This document shows positions 40,741 through 64,000 of a stretch of 64,000 nt of DNA, one piece after another. The position numbers and the translations under genes were made by a program. Source of the stretch: Chrysomallon squamiferum (Eukaryota; Animalia; Mollusca); the NCBI GenBank assembly GCA_012295275.1, contig CM022676.1, forward strand, positions 17,112,001 through 17,176,000, given 5' to 3'. The notes under the pieces are model-generated. The model saw nothing but the letters and a program-made list of their open reading frames with translations. It was not told where the DNA came from and searched no databases. How positions within the stretch are numbered: the first letter of the stretch is position 1; each line of letters opens with the position of its first letter.

Positions 40741-41658
40741 TGTTGCAGGAGTTGAGTGACTTTGGGATTCCTGTTCATGGTATTTGTAGTAAGAATCTGT
40801 AAGTAAAATAAAAATTCTTATCTTGTCTCTTAGTCATTCAGCATCTTTAGCAGAAGATGACATTTTACCCACAGTTCTTCAGTATGTTGCCTGGGTTGTT
40901 TCAAGAAAAAAGCAACTCCGGTTCAAACGGCGACATCCCCAAGAACAAAATTAATGACTGTTATGTTGTACATTGTGATACTGCACCCTTTCCTAGACAG
41001 GTAAAGCTGATTCATGATGGAAATTACAAAGGTTCCGATAAGATAATTATGCACTGCTAAATCATTGGCCACTTCCGTATCATTTTGAATATGTGTAAAT
41101 GTTTAGTTACGACATCAAATGCACATTTTGATCTTGATTATGCATTAAAATGATCTTACCATCATAGCCATACACCATATTCTACTTCTTTTATGTCAGT
41201 GGAATAAATGTAACATGACTCGCACAAAATTATGTAATAGTATTTTACTTATACTTCGTTTCCATTCTGAATTGTAACTGGTTGTATTGTATACCTATTT
41301 CACCTTTAACCAAAGGGAAAACGTTTATTTGTACAGAATAAAGTTATTTCGTTTTTCCCCATTTCCCTCTGGTGTAACATCCTTCATGCACATATTTCTG
41401 ACTACCCATCAAACCACATGTATCCCTGGTTTCTTTTCATTGTGACATGAAACAAATATAGCCATTGTCAATCTTTGACACAGGGTACCCGTCTAGCAAT
41501 TAATGCAGTTGGAATTATCTGGAACCTTCTGAATCCTGGTACCGAGGAATTATCCTAATACTGGATCAGCGAAAGTGAAATAAAACAATGAGGTAATATG
41601 CAGAATATCTTTAGATTATTTCTCCTTTTTTCCATAGGTAGAGTTTAACATACATTTT

Positions 41659-41698
<40 letters not shown>

Positions 41699-42679
41699 AG
41701 TTTATCAGTGTATAACAGTCACTTAGAAAAGTCTGTCTTGCTCTAACTGCAATAACAGTAGGTTCTGTGTAAGGTTTGATCAACGTAAGTAACACCCAGT
41801 ATACGTCAGTGTTGATCGTGCATTAGTTATATACTATTTTTATCTGACCTACATAACAGTCATACAGACTCATCACACTTTAATTTGATATGCTGGCGTG
41901 TTTCATCACAAAACTAAGACGAGTATACTGAAATATTCGGAAAAGAAATTATAAGTGATCTTGCATAACAAGAAGACAAACGCACAAATTAAATAAATTT
42001 AATTTATAATAATATATCACCTTTATTATTATGTTACCTACATTAACTGATATTTTATTTTAATTTTAATATAGATATTATTTGTTTTTTGTTGTTTTTG
42101 TTTGTTTTTGTTGGGTTTTTTGTTGTTGTTTTTTTTCTTTATTTTATGATAAAAAGAAAAATAACTATGTTTGTACTATCCTTAATTTCTGTAGATATAA
42201 TAACATGTTTCTCATGACTGGGACACTAGATGAAAATAGATATGTTCGAAATATACTTGTCTTTAGTAGAACATTTTGCCATACTGTCATTTTCTTCGTT
42301 CTTATTAAATGCCCATAGTCCAAAATACAGACACAAACAAACCCCGAAAACACTGTAACTGACACCTTAAAAAGCTCGAAGGAACTCCCTAGGAAATGGT
42401 GTAATGATAAAAAACAAGAATGTTGAGATAATTTAAAAAAATAATAATAATAAAATATAAATAAAATAAAATAAAATAAAATAAAATAAAATAAAACAAA
42501 CAAACAAAAACAAAACAGAAGCATTTATTAAATGAAATACCACAAAACTTACAAAACTGCATGTCTGCTGAAGTTGATTATGAATTTATAAATAATAGAG
42601 TCACACATATAAATGTAATATTTATAACTACAGCTAAAGATAGGTTTTGAAAGAAACCAACCTATGTTACAATAAACAT

Positions 42680-44200
42680 CATTATAATCAGGTCTGGTTC
42701 AACAGAGCTTCCAAAACTGCTAGAAAGATGTCAGGGAAGAGAGACAAAGATATAAACAATATGGTGCAGGTATACTGAAATCTACCTTGAAGTACAAAGA
42801 TAATCAGTTCAAAGAAAGACTACATAGATCAATTAGGGAACATAAAATAGCTATTAAATGTAAAATGAAAATGCTAAATACGTCAAATTCAGTAGAGTAC
42901 TTGTCAGATCTTAGAAACAAATGTAAATAAATTATAAATAATAAATAAATAATGAAATAAAATAATAAAAGTATATTTTGCTTTTATAGATTTTAAGAAG
43001 GCTTCTGATATCTTTTGATAGAGTCAGGACAGGATTACGGAATAAGTTAATTAGGTCTGGTATAAATAGGAAATGTTTGAATGTTTTAGTTAATATCCAT
43101 TACGGTACTAATGCAAGAAATACAGCGAATGGTTTCTTATCTGATTCTGAAATCGGTGTAAGTCAAGGACAACATCTCTCGTCATTTTTGTTTTCTACAT
43201 GACTTAGAGGAGTTTCTTATTGACAGTAAGACAAATGTACCAGAATAAATTTTAACAACGAAAACTGTGATGTTTATTTTAAGCTTTTATTCTACTATAT
43301 GCTGACATTACAGTACTGTTACCAAAATCTTCCGATTATTTACAGCATAATCTTATTATTTTTCACAAAACTAAGGTAATGATTCTGTATAAACGGAAAA
43401 AAAACTTTAGATTTATTATATGTGTTAGTTGTATGGAGAAAATATTGATATGAATGATAACTATAGATACAAGTACATCAAAACAAAAATCTCTTAACTT
43501 ACAACATATATAACAACTGATATCATAAAGTAATGAAAGCTGTGTATACCCTAATAGCTGAAAACCATCAGAATAGTTTCCCCATCAACTGTGTACTTGA
43601 TTTATTTGATAAACTAATGCAACCAATTTTGTTGTGGAATTACGGGGTTTTATAAGTATGCGTTTAATAGAAAAACTCCATATGAAATTGTATGAGTAGT
43701 TATTAAATGTTAATAAATGTATCCCTGGTTCTGTGATATATGGTGAACTGGGACGATATCCCCAGTTATATTTCTATAAAAAATAAGAATAATCTGGAAT
43801 TTTCTAGAACAGCACTCTTCATTATCAAGTCTGTTGTAATTATCCGTTACTTTCCGCTTCCTGTACGATCTAACTCATGCCAGTAAAACGCTTTAACACA
43901 CGTCGCTAAAAAGGGAAGTTGTTGAAAAACAATCGCTCTAGAGAAGAGCAGTGTTCAAGCGAATGTTCGTTTCTTATGTAAAATTAGAACTCTGAAGTTA
44001 AACTTGCTGTTAAAACTAGTTTAATATTGTAAGACAAAAGAGAGAATATTTGTAATTTTGACAAATTTGTAGATGAATGTCATTATGTATTTAAAAGCGA
44101 GGATGCGAGAAACGGTCTACCAGATAAATCCAGATATATTTACAAACAATAATTTGTTTAATATCAAAAATATGTTTAAATATTTCTGTTGAAATACGTT
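42680..44200 (+). mobile_element. Heavily decayed non-LTR retrotransposon (LINE) reverse transcriptase relic
   Basis: Motifs in expected order: AFIDFKKA(S)D ~42980, IGVSQGQHLSSFLF ~43152, LLYAD ~43293, YGELGRYP ~43739, DECHYVF ~44072. Many stops and frameshifts. Confidence 0.75.
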
Positions 44201-45289
44201 TATGTAACTTATTGGATGAGACTGCAACATATTTTCACACGAAAGCGAGAGAACTATTTAAATAAAAATATAAATAAATGAATAAAATAAATAAATAAAT
44301 AAATACATTTTAAAAATATAACATTGCAAATCATTATATGTTCTGTTCCTATAACTGGAATTTTGTTCTTGTACATTCTGGTTCTATAGTTATATTTTAT
44401 GTGTTTATTTCATAAAGATATTTATCTAGTTATATGTTATGGTTAAATCTTCATTCAAAGTGTTACACTCCTAAACATACTTCAGCATACAGTGAAGAAA
44501 ATGTACAGAATTCTATGTCATTACTCATTGTAATAGCTACATATAGTTAGTGTCTTGTTTATTGATTTTATTTTCTGATTCTTACTAATAAAGGGAGGTT
44601 ATTTCTTCCTAATTTCACTCTTTGCTACTTTAAAATCTATATATATTATTATATATAAAGCGCACTTAATTTGTTTTTTCTAAATGATGTCATACATTAT
44701 TATGTAGACAAATATGACATACAGGTGGCTGTGTAATGTATAACTGATTATACTAAATTAATTGTATACCATTATATAGACTGGTTTTGACCAGTGGTTT
44801 AATTGACGTACTAGTTCGGATGTAAGTCAGTGTTTAGTTGATTTCTTTGGCGTCCGCTAAGTAACGTAATATTTAAATACCACCGACTTCAAGACGATAG
44901 CCTTGCGATAGATATACATAGTGGAGTAAACCTTGTGAATTTGACTGTTGTAGAAATGCTTAGGACATATTGCTGCTAAAGGCAAGTTAATGTGACAAAT
45001 GAGATTACACAAATGTTGTTATAAGTAACGAAAAGAAATATGTTATAATGTTCATGACTGAGTATTATTTTGATTGTATTTTGTTATGACAACAAATAAT
45101 AAGACTCTAAACGTATTTTCGTCTGTTTTGTGTTATGTGGCTAATAATTAAGTGACATTTTAAATATTCTTGCTCTGGGCTCTAGTATCACATGGATATT
45201 ATAAATTATTGTTATCAGTTAGATAACATGTCAAAGATCTAACTTATTTGTTTCTACAAAACATAAATGCCATACACTGTTTTTACCAC

Positions 45290-45680
45290 ATAGAAATTAA
45301 TCAGAATTTTACTAGACATAGTTTAATCAGAATCTTACTAGGCATAGTTTAATAACAGTTTTACTAGACATATATTATTCACAATTTTACTCAACAAAGA
45401 CTAATTAGAATTTTACTTGACAAAATTTAATCACAATTAAATAGCCACAGCTCTTTACAATTTACTAGACAGATTAATAACAATTTCACTCGATGTAGTT
45501 CATTCACAATTTTAATGGACATAGATTAACTAGAATTTTACTAAACACAGTTAAGTCACAGTTTCACAAGACATAGAGTAAGTAGAAGTTTAGTAGACAG
45601 AGGTTAACCACAAATTTAATATACACAGATTAATTAGAATATGAAAAAAAGCATAGTTTAATCACAGTTTTACAGATTTA
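45290..45680. repeat. 26-bp minisatellite downstream of copy D
   Basis: Tandem units resembling tttaatcagaattttactagacatag, about a dozen degenerate copies. Confidence 0.8.
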
Positions 45681-45831
45681 TCGCAATTATATGGTGTACA
45701 GTATCAGTTAATTGAAAGAAAAACAGTGTAATTTTAGAACATAAACTACTATTGTCTTGAAGAAAACATAGTAACAGTAATAAACCACATTTAAAACAAA
45801 TTTGTCTACGATTTTGTATGAAAACCAAAAG

Positions 45832-45862
<31 letters not shown>

Positions 45863-46016
45863 ATTAGGTGTTTTGATTTTGAAAAATCAATAATAGTGAA
45901 TAATTGTTATATAATTTCATATCCTGCAAATAGATGTTTTTTTTTTCGATGTTTAACCTATATATGTCGGTACGTATATGTGTATATGTAGGAATGAATG
46001 AACGTATCTACAAAAC

Positions 46017-46054
<38 letters not shown>

Positions 46055-46158
46055 TATGTATGTACGTACGTATGTATGTATGTGTATATATATGTACAGT
46101 AAAAGTAATAAAATAAATTGTTTCGAAGTTTGAGTAAACACAGTTATAAAGAGATATT

Positions 46159-51021
<4,863 letters not shown>

Positions 51022-51221
51022 NNNNNNNNNNNNNNNNNNNNNNNNNNNNNNNNNNNNNNNNNNNNNNNNNNNNNNNNNNNNNNNNNNNNNNNNNNNNNNN
51101 NNNNNNNNNNNNNNNNNNNNNNNNNNNNNNNNNNNNNNNNNNNNNNNNNNNNNNNNNNNNNNNNNNNNNNNNNNNNNNNNNNNNNNNNNNNNNNNNNNNN
51201 NNNNNNNNNNNNNNNNNNNNN
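51022..51221. other. Assembly gap (200 N, true size unknown)
   Basis: Run of exactly 200 N separating copy D from copy C. Confidence 0.99.
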
Positions 51222-51848
51222 CCAAACTGACAGAGTTTATTTTATTATTTCTTGCATAGTTGAATTTTTCCATGTTAAAATAGGAGAAGGAGACATCAAA
51301 TACACATCGCATACATACAGAAATAGCACACACGTAACACAAAGATATGAACGTATGCATACATATCATATAGAGACATATACGCATCATGCACAGATAT
51401 ATTCACACATAAACACATGACACACAGATATGCATGCACGTGCATATATAGCTCAGAGGTACACATATACTCACACATCGCAAACTGACAGGGACTAACA
51501 TGCAACACAAACAGATATACACCTGCCCTGTCACAGACAGACACGTACGTGTATCACACACAGACATACAGACATAAATATGTGGGACATCAATCGGGAA
51601 TTGCTTACGTTTTGATTCATTGGTTATAGAACCTCTGAACTGTGGACGTTATTTAATATTAAAGGTTTCATTTCAACACAGAAATAACGGCTTGAAACGA
51701 TAAACCTTTGAAGTTAGAATATACTCGTACGTTTATAAGCAATGCAATCGACAATCAGTGTTGTGAATGAAAACATACACATGCATCAATACATATACTT
51801 TTAGAACAGTAATAAACTCAGTTAATATATACTGTTAGTTGGTATTAC

Positions 51849-63383
<11,535 letters not shown>

Positions 63384-63701
63384 CTTCAAAAGAAATGAAT
63401 ATTATGTACAGTGAAATGAATATTATAGAACATCGTTTATTAAACACCTTGAACAGATCTCATTTTAATCTCAATATTATAGAAGAAAGTAATTACTTTC
63501 TAAGTGATTCCAGCAATGTTTAATACAAGAATGTGTTGATACTGAAAAGATAGTTTAAATATCCTAAGTGAAATGTGATTCTTCATCATCATAACTGCTA
63601 TTCTTTTGCTTTTTCCTTCTTCTTCTTCTTCTTTATATTATTATTATTATTACTATTATTATTATTATTGTTATTATTATTGTTATTGTTATTGGTATTA
63701 C

Positions 63702-63737
<36 letters not shown>

Positions 63738-64000
63738 ATGAGTAATACAATGAATAAAAAGTAAGTATAATAAATATTATGGAATATTCTGTGGAAAAGT
63801 GTTCAACACACTGGCATTTAGTTCCAAGGTTTTCAGAATAATATACTTATTTTCTAAATTATTTCAAAACAATTTTAGTGAACAATGTTTGTTACAATAA
63901 TACCTTTAACATAGTGTAAATATAATCAACATCATTATTTACATTTACTACTACTCCGACTAATAATAATAGTATTAATAATAATACTACGACTACTACA

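Noticed and set aside
40800-41150. Possible Penelope-like retroelement fragment on the minus strand (KHLHI..QND-like peptide)
   Set aside because: Too short and degenerate to support without a profile search.
45290-45680. Regularly spaced repeats as a CRISPR-like array
   Set aside because: Head-to-tail degenerate 26-mers without unique spacers, in eukaryotic DNA with no cas genes.

Overview
AT-rich, microsatellite-dense, intron-containing animal DNA with one 200-N assembly gap (51022-51221). The domain content is most consistent with a mollusc or other lophotrochozoan; this is inference. Most listed ORFs are microsatellite artefacts, and the real genes emerge only after manual splicing. The window is a rapidly evolving tandem cluster of candidate immune or cell-surface receptors, almost all on the minus strand. 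Copies B (13411-~29116) and C (51849->64000) encode 4x group-A SRCR - Ig - Ig - FN3 - TM, followed by a tail with three exon-encoded tyrosine motifs including an ITIM (SVYENV, read in B). C is clean wherever visible. B has a broken 5' half joined to a clean 3' half that is nearly identical to C. Copies A (<180-5820) and D (46159-51021) share the TM module. D has a diverged tail, both have dead Ig/FN3 exons, and A has a different N-terminus (signal peptide, two Cys-rich Ig domains, stalk). An orphan signal-peptide exon between SRCR4 and Ig1 suggests the SRCR block was grafted onto an older Ig-FN3 receptor. Between 30.5 and 40.7 kb lies a hidden array of about five decayed leader / 27-nt micro-exon / Ig-start cassettes. 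Also present: a pseudogenised secreted two-domain chitin-binding protein, a plus-strand Ig pseudo-exon, a decayed Tc1 transposon, a MITE, a LINE relic and a 26-bp minisatellite. All exon calls and translations were made by eye; no database search was run.
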